Positions 49,309-59,482 of a stretch of 64,000 nt of DNA are shown here, piece after piece. The DNA comes from an uncultured Verrucomicrobiota bacterium (lineage in GTDB: Bacteria; Verrucomicrobiota; Verrucomicrobiia; Limisphaerales; UBA9464): assembly GCA_903842505.1 (NCBI GenBank), contig CAIMMI010000011.1, forward strand, positions 668 to 64,667, in the 5' to 3' direction. A program made the position numbers and the translations under genes. The notes under the pieces were generated by a model that worked only from the letters and a program-made list of their open reading frames with translations, was not told the origin of the DNA and searched no databases. Each line of letters opens with the position of its first letter. Positions within the stretch are counted from its first letter, which is position 1.

Positions 49309-49398
49309 CTAAAATCCGAAAGCAAAGGAGCGGGATTTCTATCAAAGGAACCTCCAACGTCAACAAGTCATTCCCGAAAGATGCAGGATTTCACCACT

Positions 49399-50466
49399 TC
49401 ACCCTCCGATACAGCTCATCGTACGGGCCGGTTGGACGAAATCCGGCTTCCCGATCCGGTGCCCCGCTTCCTTACCCCGCACGATTTCCACCAACCGCCA
49501 AGCCAACTCGTCATCCGTCGCTCCCCCCCGCAGCAGCGGCCTCAGATCGTGCTCTCCAATGCTGAACAGGCACGTCCGGATCTTGCCATCCGCCGTCAAC
49601 CGCAGTCGGTTGCAATGCCCGCAGAACGGCTCACTCACCGGCGCAATCACGCCGATCTCGCCGCGCCCACCCGCAAAGCGCCATCGCCGCGCCGTCTCGC
49701 TCGGTTGCCCGGACTGATCCACGGCCTCCAACCCAAATCGCGCCTTCAACCGCTCGAGGATCTCACGCCCAGGCACCACCAGGTCCCGTTGCCACGCCCG
49801 ACTGCTGTCCAACGGCATGAACTCGATGAATCGGAGGGACAGGCCACGCTCCATCGCGAATTCCGCCAAGGTCTCCAATTCGTGGTCGTTCATCCCCCGG
49901 ATCACCACCGCATTCACCTTCACCGGCGAAAACCCCATCTCCTGCGCGATCCGGATCCCTTCCAGCACCTCGGCCAACCCATCCCGCCCCGTCATCCGAC
50001 GGAAATTCTCCCGATCCAGCGAGTCCATGCTGAAGCTCACCCGTCGCAACCCGGCCGCCCGAAGCGCCTCGGCCTTCCGCGCAAAGAGGAAGCCATTCGT
50101 CGTCATCGCCAGATCCTCAACCCCGGCCAACCCCGCCAGACTCCCCACCAACTTTTCCACCCCTTGCCTCAGCAAGGGCTCCCCACCCGTGACGCGCAGC
50201 TTCGTCACACCCAGTTCCACCGCAATCCGCGAAACACGCACAATCTCCTCGTATGTCAGCAACTCCACCTTCGGCTTCCATTCGTAGGCAATCGGGCCAG
50301 CCGGCCCAGGCAGCTTTCCCAAACCCTCCCAACGGGTCCGATAGAAGTTGGCCGCCTCCTCGGTTTCCGGCAGGCAATACAGGCAGCGGAAATTACACCG
50401 GTCGGTGACGCTGACCCGAAGGTCCCGCATCACCCGACCGTGCGAATCCCGAAGCTCTGACAACAT
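49399..50466 (-). CDS. moaA: GTP 3',8-cyclase
   Basis: SVTDRCNFRCLYC, TGGEPL, RFIEFMP, FC..CNRLRLTADGK..C, terminal IGG. Confidence 0.95.
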   Translation of the reverse strand: MLSELRDSHGRVMRDLRVSVTDRCNFRCLYCLPETEEAANFYRTRWEGLGKLPGPAGPIAYEWKPKVELLTYEEIVRVSRIAVELGVTKLRVTGGEPLLRQGVEKLVGSLAGLAGVEDLAMTTNGFLFARKAEALRAAGLRRVSFSMDSLDRENFRRMTGRDGLAEVLEGIRIAQEMGFSPVKVNAVVIRGMNDHELETLAEFAMERGLSLRFIEFMPLDSSRAWQRDLVVPGREILERLKARFGLEAVDQSGQPSETARRWRFAGGRGEIGVIAPVSEPFCGHCNRLRLTADGKIRTCLFSIGEHDLRPLLRGGATDDELAWRLVEIVRGKEAGHRIGKPDFVQPARTMSCIGG

Positions 50467-50555
50467 GGCCCGAGTCTACGTGAAGCCACCGCTCCCGCCA
50501 ACCCGCGCAAAATCCTGAACTCGGATTCTTCGCCCGCACCCGCTACCTTGCCCCT

Positions 50556-51293
50556 GTGGAAACTTCCACTCCGCCACCGCTTACCCCCGGCACGTTGTAC
50601 CTCGTCGCCACCCCCATCGGGAACCTCGAGGATATCACCCTGCGCGCCCTCCGCGTCCTCCGCGAGTGCGACCTCGTCGCCGCCGAGGATACCCGCCACA
50701 CCGGCCAACTCCTGCAGCACTTCAACATCCGGAAGCCCATGGTCTCCTACTTCCGGTTCAACGAGGCCCGACGCTCCGCCGAGATCACCGACCGCCTCCG
50801 TGCAGGCGCCACCGTCGCGCTCGTCACCGACGCCGGCACCCCAGGCATCTCCGACCCCGGCTCCCGGGTCGTCGCCGAGGTCATCGCCGCGGGACTCCGG
50901 GTCGAACCCATCCCGGGCGCCTGCGCCCTCGTGGCAGGCCTCACCGCTTCCGGGCTTCCCACGGACGAATTCCATTTCGCCGGGTTCCTCCCGGTCAAAT
51001 CCGGCCAGCGCGCCCGTCGCCTGGCGGAACTCCTCGCGTTGCCCGGAACCTTGTGTGTCTACGAGTCGCCCTACCGCGTGACCCGCCTCCTCCAGGAAAT
51101 CGCCAACGCCTGTCCGGAACGCCGGGTCGTCGCCTGCCGCGAGCTCACCAAGAAGTTCGAGGAATGGCTCCGCGGCACCGCCGCCGCCGTCGCCGCCGAC
51201 CTGGAACGCCGCCCGCGGAAGGGCGAGTTCGTCGTCCTCGTCGCACCAGCCAGCGAATTGCCGGAACCCACCGACCTTCCTGAAGCCGGTTAG
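50556..51293 (+). CDS. rsmI: 16S rRNA C1402 2'-O-methyltransferase
   Basis: LYLVATPIGNLEDIT.RA, AEDTR, DAGTPGISDPG, YESP.R, RELTK. Confidence 0.95.
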   Translation: METSTPPPLTPGTLYLVATPIGNLEDITLRALRVLRECDLVAAEDTRHTGQLLQHFNIRKPMVSYFRFNEARRSAEITDRLRAGATVALVTDAGTPGISDPGSRVVAEVIAAGLRVEPIPGACALVAGLTASGLPTDEFHFAGFLPVKSGQRARRLAELLALPGTLCVYESPYRVTRLLQEIANACPERRVVACRELTKKFEEWLRGTAAAVAADLERRPRKGEFVVLVAPASELPEPTDLPEAG

Positions 51294-51300
51294 GCGGATC

Positions 51301-53913
51301 CTACCGATCCGTTCCAGAGGGCGGGAGCTTCACCAAGCCAAACTCCTTCGCGCGTTCGTCCAGGAAACTCACGATCAGGCGCGTGAGGTCGAGCTCTGCC
51401 AGGCGGATCCGCCACGCAACCAATGGGAGCACCAGCAGCAACGCCCACCACCAACCACCCAGGAAACCAATCACGATCAGCAGGGCTCCCGCCAGCGAGC
51501 AAAACAGGGCCCGCGACACGAAACTCCACGATCCATCCAGCCGGCACCTCAGCACCTGCGTCCCGTTCGCCAGATACTCTCCCGCCGTCACCAACCGGAG
51601 CCGCGCCCATCGATTGCCGTAGATCTCCACGTCGTACCGGCTCCACCCGCCATCGGGCTTGTTTTGCCAGGACCGCTCATCCAACCGCTCCAGCACCCGG
51701 CGCAGGAATGCCGTCCGATCGATTGCCCCCTCGGACCAGTACCTCAGCAGGCGCAGCGATTCGTCCTGACCCTGCAGGCTGAGCGACTCCAGCGTCTCCC
51801 GGGCGCTCAAGGGCGTCTGCTGGCCCCGGAGGTGGTTTCGGTGCCTCGACCATCCGCGAACCACCGGTTGCAGCAGGAACAGCAATGCCACCAAAGGCCG
51901 CGACCACCAACGAAGCCGACTCTTCGGCAAATCCGCCTGCCAGGCCGCAGCCGCGCACATCACCAGCGACAGAACCAACGACGCCACCCCGATCGTCGCC
52001 ACGTTCGGCACCACCGAACCCAGCACCAACAATGGCACCGTTGCGAGGCAATGGTATTCCAGGCTCGTCAAGACCAGCAGCGTCAGCCCCGGACTCACGT
52101 TGTAGATGCTCTGGAAGAACCCGGTCCCGAATAGCCCGTGATAAATGATCGGACGGCTCGTCTCGACCCCGATCTTGGCTGGCGAATAGATCCGTCCGTG
52201 CCAGATCGATCCGCCGAACCGATTGAAGTTCTCGGGATGCCGCCGCTCCAGCAATGCCTCCGCATCGCCATAACCCGCCTGCTGCTTGAGGTACGCCTGG
52301 ATCGTGTTCCGTCGGTAGTGCCAAACGAACCCGCCTGGACTGAACCCGATCCGGTAACCCCGTTGCTGCAGCCTCCAGCAGATATCCACATCGTCGCCCG
52401 CCTTCCGGTAAACCGGATCGAAACCTCCCAACTCGATCAACGCCCACCGATGGAAGGCCATGTTGCAACCCGGAATGTGCTCCGCCACCCGATCCGTCAA
52501 CATCACGTGTGCCGGCCCTCCGGGCGACACCATCACCGCCGCCGCCACCGCCGAATCATCCGGCGGCAGGAAATTGTGCCCGCCCACTCCCGCAAAACCC
52601 GAGTACAACAGGTCACCCACGAGGTACCGCAGCCAGTCTTCGTCCGCCCGGCAGTCCGAATCCGTGAAAGCGATGATCTCCCCCGTCGCCGCGTAGATTC
52701 CCGTATTCCGGGCCGCGCTCAATCCCTGGTTCTGCTCGTGCCGGATGTTCCGGATCCGGGGGAAAAGCGCTGCAATCTCCGGCGTGGAATCTGTCGAACC
52801 GTCATCCACCAGGATCACCTCGAAGTCGGGATAGTTGAGCCCCTCCAGGGACTGCAGGCAGGCCTTCAGCGTCGGCGCACCGTTGTAACTCGCCACCACC
52901 ACCGTCACCCGCGGCGACGCCGGAAGCTCAAAATAGGGCGCCTGCCGATACCGGCTCTGGACGGCTTCAAACGCCGGCTTTGGCTCCCGTTCCCGGGTCG
53001 TCAACCCAAACGACCAATCCGTGATCAACCGTCCATCCTTGAACCAGTCATCCGTAAAACTGAACACGAACACCCCGGCACTCCCCGCCCGGAACGACGC
53101 CTCAATCTTCCACGACAGGATCTCCGCCTGCCGCACCTCGCCCTCCCTCAGTGAATCGATCCCGAATTCGCCCAACACCAACGGCTTCGTATCCGCCAGC
53201 ATTTGCAACCGTGCGAGGTAGTTCTCGAATGGCCGCCTCTCGTGCAGGTAAACGTTGCAGCACAGGAAATCCATCGACCGCGGCCGCAGGAATTCCGTCG
53301 GCGGATAGTTCCCAAAAGTGCACAGCAACTCCGGATCCTCTGCCTTCGCCTCCGCCACCAAGCCATCAAGGAAGTCCGCCACCGCATCCGCTCCGCTCCA
53401 GCGCACGATGTCCGCCGGAATCTCATTCACCACGCTGAGCGCGAAAACGGCCGGGTGTGCCCGCAACAACCTCGCCGCCCGCCGGACCCGGTCCCGCGCA
53501 TCCTGGCGGGACTCCTCCGAATCCAGAAAACACAGGTGCTTGTTCCACGGCACGTCCACCAGAACCTTCAACCCCTGCTCGTGGAGCAGGTCCAGGAACC
53601 ACCGCGGTGGAAGGTGATAGACCCGGACCGTGTTCGCCCCCAACTCCCGGATCCGCTCCAGATCCAGCAACGTCTGCTCACGCGTCGCGTACCCATCCCC
53701 TTCGGGGCCCGACCCAAACGGCCCGTACGTCACCCCCTTGGGGTGGAATTTGCGCCCGTCGACTCGGAAGAACTTGCCGTCCACCGTGACCCGGGCTCGT
53801 GAGATGACTGCTGTCGGCACCATCAACTCCGGCATGCGCACCTCAACACGGCGCGGCCCCGTCGCAATCGGCGACGGCAGGACCTCCGGTTCAAGTAGCA
53901 CTGCACGGGGCAT
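51301..53913 (-). CDS. Fusion of clan GH-A (GH2-like) TIM barrel, GT2 glycosyltransferase and C-terminal TM helices
   Basis: KGVTYGPF, GANTVRVY, VNE, LGEFG; then VDDGSTD, ARNTG, TDSDC, GDDVD.CWR; start uncertain. Confidence 0.85.
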   Translation of the reverse strand: MPRAVLLEPEVLPSPIATGPRRVEVRMPELMVPTAVISRARVTVDGKFFRVDGRKFHPKGVTYGPFGSGPEGDGYATREQTLLDLERIRELGANTVRVYHLPPRWFLDLLHEQGLKVLVDVPWNKHLCFLDSEESRQDARDRVRRAARLLRAHPAVFALSVVNEIPADIVRWSGADAVADFLDGLVAEAKAEDPELLCTFGNYPPTEFLRPRSMDFLCCNVYLHERRPFENYLARLQMLADTKPLVLGEFGIDSLREGEVRQAEILSWKIEASFRAGSAGVFVFSFTDDWFKDGRLITDWSFGLTTREREPKPAFEAVQSRYRQAPYFELPASPRVTVVVASYNGAPTLKACLQSLEGLNYPDFEVILVDDGSTDSTPEIAALFPRIRNIRHEQNQGLSAARNTGIYAATGEIIAFTDSDCRADEDWLRYLVGDLLYSGFAGVGGHNFLPPDDSAVAAAVMVSPGGPAHVMLTDRVAEHIPGCNMAFHRWALIELGGFDPVYRKAGDDVDICWRLQQRGYRIGFSPGGFVWHYRRNTIQAYLKQQAGYGDAEALLERRHPENFNRFGGSIWHGRIYSPAKIGVETSRPIIYHGLFGTGFFQSIYNVSPGLTLLVLTSLEYHCLATVPLLVLGSVVPNVATIGVASLVLSLVMCAAAAWQADLPKSRLRWWSRPLVALLFLLQPVVRGWSRHRNHLRGQQTPLSARETLESLSLQGQDESLRLLRYWSEGAIDRTAFLRRVLERLDERSWQNKPDGGWSRYDVEIYGNRWARLRLVTAGEYLANGTQVLRCRLDGSWSFVSRALFCSLAGALLIVIGFLGGWWWALLLVLPLVAWRIRLAELDLTRLIVSFLDERAKEFGLVKLPPSGTDR

Positions 53914-53962
53914 GAGATTGGGGCGCGGGGGACAGGAAGCAAGAATTGGGAAGCCGTACAGG

Positions 53963-53995
53963 AAATGGCCCGCCGGTGTCTCACGCCGGCGGGCC
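53963..53995 (-). terminator. Terminator-like hairpin after the Pro-rich gene
   Basis: GGCCCGCCGG..CCGGCGGGCC stem with a short T-run on the minus strand. Confidence 0.55.
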
Positions 53996-54028
53996 CGCCT
54001 TCTCCTATGCGTTAACCCTGCTGGCAAC

Positions 54029-54469
54029 TCACCAGCAGAAATGGGCGTGCCCGCGGATGCGGTGATGATGGCCGTGGATCACCACCGGGCGCGGCGCGGG
54101 CATGTAGTACGGGGCCGGGCTCACCACCACGGTCGGGGCGGGAGCGTAGTAAACCACCGTCGGAGCCGGAGCCGGTGCGTAGTAGACCGGGGCTGGCGCA
54201 GGCGCGTAATAGACCGGCGCCGGGGGCGCCACCGGAGCGGCAACCACGACCGGGGGAGCGGCGACATAAACCGGCGGAGCGTAGACCACCGCCGTGGTGG
54301 GCGCGCAGGGCGCCGGATCCAGCACATGGGCAATCACACCCGCGGCCACGACACCCGTCAGGACCTTGCCCGCCACCGCCCACTCCCGATCCCCTGCCCG
54401 GACTTCCGGTGTCAGTGCGCCCAGCGCAAGGGCGGCAGTTACGGTGGCAGCAATCAATGTCGTTTTCAT
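54029..54469 (-). CDS. Secreted proline-rich (PXPV-repeat-like) protein
   Basis: Signal peptide, repeated VYYAPAPAP units, His-rich tail. Confidence 0.75.
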   Translation of the reverse strand: MKTTLIAATVTAALALGALTPEVRAGDREWAVAGKVLTGVVAAGVIAHVLDPAPCAPTTAVVYAPPVYVAAPPVVVAAPVAPPAPVYYAPAPAPVYYAPAPAPTVVYYAPAPTVVVSPAPYYMPAPRPVVIHGHHHRIRGHAHFCW

Positions 54470-54690
54470 GTTGTCGACTTCGTTACCCGAAGCTGGAGGG
54501 CTAGACTGTGCCCTTCGGTCTTTATTCAGGAGGCTTCCAATCACTTGCCCACCAGAAAAAAGACCCCACATGAAATCAGCATCCAACCCGGCACCAAAAG
54601 GTTAGGCCTGCACCAACCCAAGCCCTGCCTTTTCGCCACCGTCGTCCCCCAGCACAACTTTCCACCCATCCGCCGAGGCCCACTTTCCCC

Positions 54691-57078
54691 TCACCGATAC
54701 GCCAGGAAACGCCCCCGCCGTTCCAGGAACCCCGCCATGCCGGCGTCCCGGACCTTCACGATCTCCGCCAACGGAAGCCCTGTCCGGATCGCTTCCAGCG
54801 TCGCCTCATCCCCCAGCAACGTCGCCATCTTCTCCAACTTCAATTCGCCCGGATGCAACCGATGCAAGGTCGACGCCAAAAGCATCCCCAGATCCGTAGC
54901 CCGAAACCGCTCCCGGTCCGTCACCAGCATCTGCACACCGCCACATTCCTTCCCCTGGAACACACTCGCCGTAGGCGTGAAACGCACCGGAACGAAGCGC
55001 ACACCAGCCAAACCCGCGGCATTCAACTCCCCCGCCAGACGAAGGTCGTCCACGTAGGGCGCCCCGATCACCTCGAAGGGTGTTCCCGTTCCACGGCCAA
55101 CGCTCACCGCGCAGAATTCCAGCACCCCTACCCCGGGATACAACGTCGCCTCCGTCAGCGAACGCATGTTCGGCGATGGATTCGTCCAGGGCAGCCCCGT
55201 CGAATCATACCAGTCCTTCCGCTGCCAACCGCGACACGGAATCACCGTCAGCTTCACGCCCAGTTTCCGCTCCGCATCAAACATCCGAGCCAACTCCCCC
55301 GTCGTCATCCCGTGCCTCAACGGGATCTCGTGCCACGCCACGAAGCTCCTCGCCCCCGTCAGAACCGGTCCCTCCACCGAAACTCCGTTCACCGGATTGA
55401 CCCGGTCCAGCACCACGAATTCCTTCCCTGCGTTCGCCGCGGCCTCCAGGCAATTCCCCAACGTCGAGATGTACGTGTAGAAGCGGCACCCGATGTCCTG
55501 GATGTCAAAAACCAGAACGTCCACCCCGGCCAACTGCTCCCCCACAGGCGCCCGCCGTTCCCCATACAGGCTGTAGACCGGCAACCCCGTCTTCTCGTCC
55601 CGTCCATCCGAAACCTTCTCGTCCAGCAAGCCCCGGATCCCGTGCTCGGGCGAGAACAACGCCACCAACTGAACCCCAGCCGCCTGATGCAACAGATCGA
55701 TCGTCTGCCGCCGATGCCGGTCCCGCCCGGTGTGATTGGTGATCAATCCTACCCGCTTCCCCTTCAACTCCGCAAAGCCACCCTGCACCAGCACGTCCAC
55801 CCCATTGAGCACTCCTTCCCCCGGACGATCTGCCGCACCAAATCCCCAATCCCCCGAATCCATCGCCGAGGCCGCCTGCTCCACGACCTTCGGCCACTTC
55901 ACCGCACGCAACGCTTCCGCCGCCAAGGTCCCCAACCGACGACGCAACGCCCGAACGTCTCCGGCCTCGGTCGGATGATTCCGGTTCGACATCAGCAACA
56001 CGAACGTCCCCGTTGCCGGATCAATCCACATCGAGGTCCCGGTCCATCCCGTGTGCCCGTAGGAACCCACCGCGAAATGCGATCCCCGCGGTCCCGCATA
56101 CGGAGAATCGATGTCCCATCCAAACCCTCGCGCCGGCAATCCCGCGGGCGACTGCACCGACGTCATCAACCGGACGGTTTCCGCCTGGAGCACCCGTTTG
56201 CCATCAAGTTCCCCTCCGTTCAGCAGCATCCGGCAAAAGCGGGCCACGTCCGAAGCCGTCGTGAACAACCCAGCATGACCCGCCACCCCGCCCATGCGCC
56301 GCGCCGTGGGGTCATGAACCTCCCCCCGGAAACAGTTTCCATCCACGTACCTTTCCGTGGGCGCGATCCTCGCCAGATCGAGTGTTGGCGCACCCCGTCG
56401 GCGATAACCCGTGTCCAGCATTCCCAGGGGACCATGGATTTCCGTCCGGACAAATTCATCCAACTCCCGCCCTGAAACCCGCCGGACCAACTCGCCCAGC
56501 ACGATGAAATTGATGTCGCTGTAGACGAACCTGCTGCCCGGCGCCTGCGTCGGCGCCTCCTCCACGGCCATCTGGATCGCCGCATCCCATCCATCCCAAC
56601 CGGAGGGTCTGCCAAGGCCAGGCCGAAGCCCGCTCGTATGCGTCAGCAACTGCCGGACCGTGATGGCTTCCTTGCCGTTCGCCGCGAACGCCGGCAGATA
56701 CTTCGATACCGGCGACTCGACGTCCAACTTGCCCTGCTCGACCAACCGCATCACCGCCGGTGCCGTCGCCAGCACCTTGGTCAGCGACGCCGCATCAAAT
56801 ACGGTGTCCTCCGTCATCGACTCCGCCGCGGGCTCGATCGCCCGCTGGCCGTAAGCCCGCACGAAGGTCTCGCCGGAATGCTCCAACCACACGACCGCAC
56901 CCGGCAGGTGCCCGGCCCCGATTTCCTCCAGGACCGCCTTGTCGATCTCCACGAGCGTCGCTGGCTTGAAGGCGGACTGTTTCCGCGCCTCGCCCGTGCC
57001 AATGTCCCGCACCGCGCATCCCGCCAATCCGGCCACAAACAGCCAGAGTGCCATCCACATCCAACGTGCCCGATTCAT
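54691..57078 (-). CDS. Lipoprotein fusion of a beta-lactamase-family serine hydrolase and NamZ (DUF1343) exo-beta-N-acetylmuramidase
   Basis: Lipobox LAGC; ASLTK, LLTHTSG, YSDINF, GHTG; then GLITNHTG, FSPEHG, FDIQDIG.RFYTY, LDR.NP, PSPNM. Confidence 0.9.
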   Translation of the reverse strand: MNRARWMWMALWLFVAGLAGCAVRDIGTGEARKQSAFKPATLVEIDKAVLEEIGAGHLPGAVVWLEHSGETFVRAYGQRAIEPAAESMTEDTVFDAASLTKVLATAPAVMRLVEQGKLDVESPVSKYLPAFAANGKEAITVRQLLTHTSGLRPGLGRPSGWDGWDAAIQMAVEEAPTQAPGSRFVYSDINFIVLGELVRRVSGRELDEFVRTEIHGPLGMLDTGYRRRGAPTLDLARIAPTERYVDGNCFRGEVHDPTARRMGGVAGHAGLFTTASDVARFCRMLLNGGELDGKRVLQAETVRLMTSVQSPAGLPARGFGWDIDSPYAGPRGSHFAVGSYGHTGWTGTSMWIDPATGTFVLLMSNRNHPTEAGDVRALRRRLGTLAAEALRAVKWPKVVEQAASAMDSGDWGFGAADRPGEGVLNGVDVLVQGGFAELKGKRVGLITNHTGRDRHRRQTIDLLHQAAGVQLVALFSPEHGIRGLLDEKVSDGRDEKTGLPVYSLYGERRAPVGEQLAGVDVLVFDIQDIGCRFYTYISTLGNCLEAAANAGKEFVVLDRVNPVNGVSVEGPVLTGARSFVAWHEIPLRHGMTTGELARMFDAERKLGVKLTVIPCRGWQRKDWYDSTGLPWTNPSPNMRSLTEATLYPGVGVLEFCAVSVGRGTGTPFEVIGAPYVDDLRLAGELNAAGLAGVRFVPVRFTPTASVFQGKECGGVQMLVTDRERFRATDLGMLLASTLHRLHPGELKLEKMATLLGDEATLEAIRTGLPLAEIVKVRDAGMAGFLERRGRFLAYR

Positions 57079-57180
57079 CTGCCGAGAATAAGGCACAGGG
57101 GGAACCGGAACTTCCAAGGGCGAAGTTTGGTCCGCGCTTCTTCGGTTGGCTCCCGGCCCCGGGCTGTCTAGCGTTCGCCC

Positions 57181-57951
57181 ATGCTGAGCGCGTCGCTATG
57201 GTGGGATATCTCCCACCCCGAGGTATTGCTGCAGAATCCGCTCTTTTTGATCGGGGTCGTCTTCCAGATCTGGATGGGCATCGACGCCATCCGGCGGGGA
57301 GAATGGCTCTGGGCCGCCGCCATCGTCCTCTTCACCGTGTTCTCCGCGGCCCTCTACTTCTTCATGGTCTACCGCCCCCAGGGAGCCGCAGGCGGTGGCT
57401 CCACCGGCTTCGAACTGCCCGGGGCCCGCGACCGCGCCCGACTGAAGGAAATCGAGAAGCGCATCCACCACCTCGACCACGCCCGCGATCACCTCGACCT
57501 CGCCGATCATTTCTTCTCCAAGGGCAAATTCGAAAAGGCCGAGGCCAGCTACCGCGAATCCCTCAAGCGCGACCAAAACGACCCCGACGCCGTCGCGCAC
57601 CTGGGCCAATGTCTCCTCCGCCTGAAGCGCCCGGCCGAGGCCAAGCCCCTTCTGGAACAGGCCCTCGCCGCCGATCCCAGGCACGACTACGGCCACACCC
57701 AGATGGCCCTCGCTGAAACCCAGGCCGCCCTCGGCAACCCCGACGAAGCCATCGCCACCTGGCAAAAGGTCCTCGCCCACCACGGTTACGCCCGAGCCAA
57801 GGTCCAGTACGCCGAACTCGTCGCCGCCAAGGGCCGCCACGATGAGGCCCGCAACCTCATGCGCGAACTCATCGCTGACGACCAGCATTCGCCCCGCTTC
57901 CAGCGCGTCCGCGACAAGGCCTGGATCCGCCGCGCCAAGAAACTCCTCTGA
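57181..57951 (+). CDS. Membrane-anchored tetratricopeptide repeat protein
   Basis: Two N-terminal TMs (PLDc_N-like) followed by helical TPR-like repeats. Confidence 0.8.
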   Translation: MLSASLWWDISHPEVLLQNPLFLIGVVFQIWMGIDAIRRGEWLWAAAIVLFTVFSAALYFFMVYRPQGAAGGGSTGFELPGARDRARLKEIEKRIHHLDHARDHLDLADHFFSKGKFEKAEASYRESLKRDQNDPDAVAHLGQCLLRLKRPAEAKPLLEQALAADPRHDYGHTQMALAETQAALGNPDEAIATWQKVLAHHGYARAKVQYAELVAAKGRHDEARNLMRELIADDQHSPRFQRVRDKAWIRRAKKLL

Positions 57952-58105
57952 TCCCACCCATCGGTGGCTACGAGCGGTGGGGCGAGTGTCCCCACGAGCC
58001 GCTCCCCCAACCCAAAAGAGCCCGTCTGATCGAGTTCCTCCCGCCGGCTGCAGGGCATCTCGCGGTGCCCGTCCCAACAGGTTTCCAATCCGTGAAATCT
58101 GTGGA

Positions 58106-59452
58106 TCAGATACGCTCGAAGTACCGCCCCTTCTCCCAGTCCGTCACCGCTGAATCAAAGGAGGCACACTCCAGTTTCGCGTGGTGCACGTAGAAATCCA
58201 CCACCGCGTCCCCGAACGCCGTCCGCGCCAGCGCCGACTTCTCCATCAACGATGCCGCCTCAGCCAGACTCGACGGCAACCGCGCCAGCTTCGGATCAAT
58301 GTAAGCATTGCCCTTGTACTCAACGCCGCAATCCAGCCCTTCCCGGATGCCTGCAAATCCCGCCGCGAACATCGCCGCGAACGCGAGGTACGGATTCGCA
58401 TCCGCCCCCGGCATCCGGTTCTCGATCCGGAACGACTTCCCGTGCCCGACAATCCGGAATCCGCACGTCCGGTTGTCCGTGGACCACGCCATCCGCGTCG
58501 GCGCCCAGCTTCCCGCCTGGTAGCGCTTGTAGCTGTTGATCGTGGGCCCGAAGAACAGGCACAGCTCCGGACAATACTTCAACAACCCGCCGAGGAATTG
58601 CCGGAACAGCTTCGATCCCTGCCCCGCCTCCGCATCCCAGAACAGCGGCTTGCCATCCCGCCACAGGCTGATGTGCAGGTGACAGGAATTGCCTGCCTCG
58701 GACGGCGCGTACTTCGCCATGAAGGTGACCGCCTTGCCGTGCTGCTCGGTGATCTCCTTCACCCCCTGCTTGAACACGACGTGCATGTCGCACATCGGCA
58801 GCGGCTCATCGTGCGTGAAGTTGATCTCGTGCTGGCCGCGGCTCCACTCGCCCTTGCTGCTCTCCACCGGCACCCGCGCCGCCGTCATCCCATTCCGGAT
58901 CGCCCGCATCAGCGGCTCATCCCGGGTCGGTTGCATCAGGTGATAGTCGATCCGGTAATCACTCGAAGGCTTGAGCTTGTGGTAACCGTCCTCGAACGCC
59001 TGATGGTACGTCTGGTTGAACAGGTAGAACTCCAGTTCGCTCGCGCACCGGCAGTCGTAACCCAACTCCTTCAGGCCATCCAACTGCCGACGCAGGACCG
59101 ACCGCGGCGCTTCCGCCACCATCTGGCCGTCCTCACGGACGTAATCGCACAGCACCAGCGCCGACGCCGTCTGCCACGGCAACTCCCGCAACGTCGACAG
59201 GTCCGGCTTCATGATGAAGTCGCCGAAGCCCGCATCCCAGTTCGCCACCTGGAACCCCTCCAACGGGTCCATCTCCATGTTCACCGTCAGCAGGTAATTG
59301 CACCCGTGCGTCCCGTGCTCCACCACCGAGTCCACGAAGTAATCCGCCCGGAACCGCTTCCCGACCAACCTCCCGAACGGGTCCGGAAACCCCACCAGCA
59401 CGGTGTCGATCCGTCCGGACGCCACCGCTTCCTTCAACTGTTCAATCGTCAT
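58106..59452 (-). CDS. Glutamine synthetase family protein (gamma-glutamyl-amine ligase, PuuA-like)
   Basis: GRLVGKR, ELEFY, EWSRGQHEIN, TFMAK, GNSCHLH.S, NSYKR, DNR, RIENR.PGADANPY. Confidence 0.9.
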   Translation of the reverse strand: MTIEQLKEAVASGRIDTVLVGFPDPFGRLVGKRFRADYFVDSVVEHGTHGCNYLLTVNMEMDPLEGFQVANWDAGFGDFIMKPDLSTLRELPWQTASALVLCDYVREDGQMVAEAPRSVLRRQLDGLKELGYDCRCASELEFYLFNQTYHQAFEDGYHKLKPSSDYRIDYHLMQPTRDEPLMRAIRNGMTAARVPVESSKGEWSRGQHEINFTHDEPLPMCDMHVVFKQGVKEITEQHGKAVTFMAKYAPSEAGNSCHLHISLWRDGKPLFWDAEAGQGSKLFRQFLGGLLKYCPELCLFFGPTINSYKRYQAGSWAPTRMAWSTDNRTCGFRIVGHGKSFRIENRMPGADANPYLAFAAMFAAGFAGIREGLDCGVEYKGNAYIDPKLARLPSSLAEAASLMEKSALARTAFGDAVVDFYVHHAKLECASFDSAVTDWEKGRYFERI

Positions 59453-59482
59453 GTTGTAATGCCTTGCTGACTGGTTTTCCGC

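Noticed and set aside
48835-50460. 541-aa plus-strand ORF
   Set aside because: Antisense shadow of rplM and moaA
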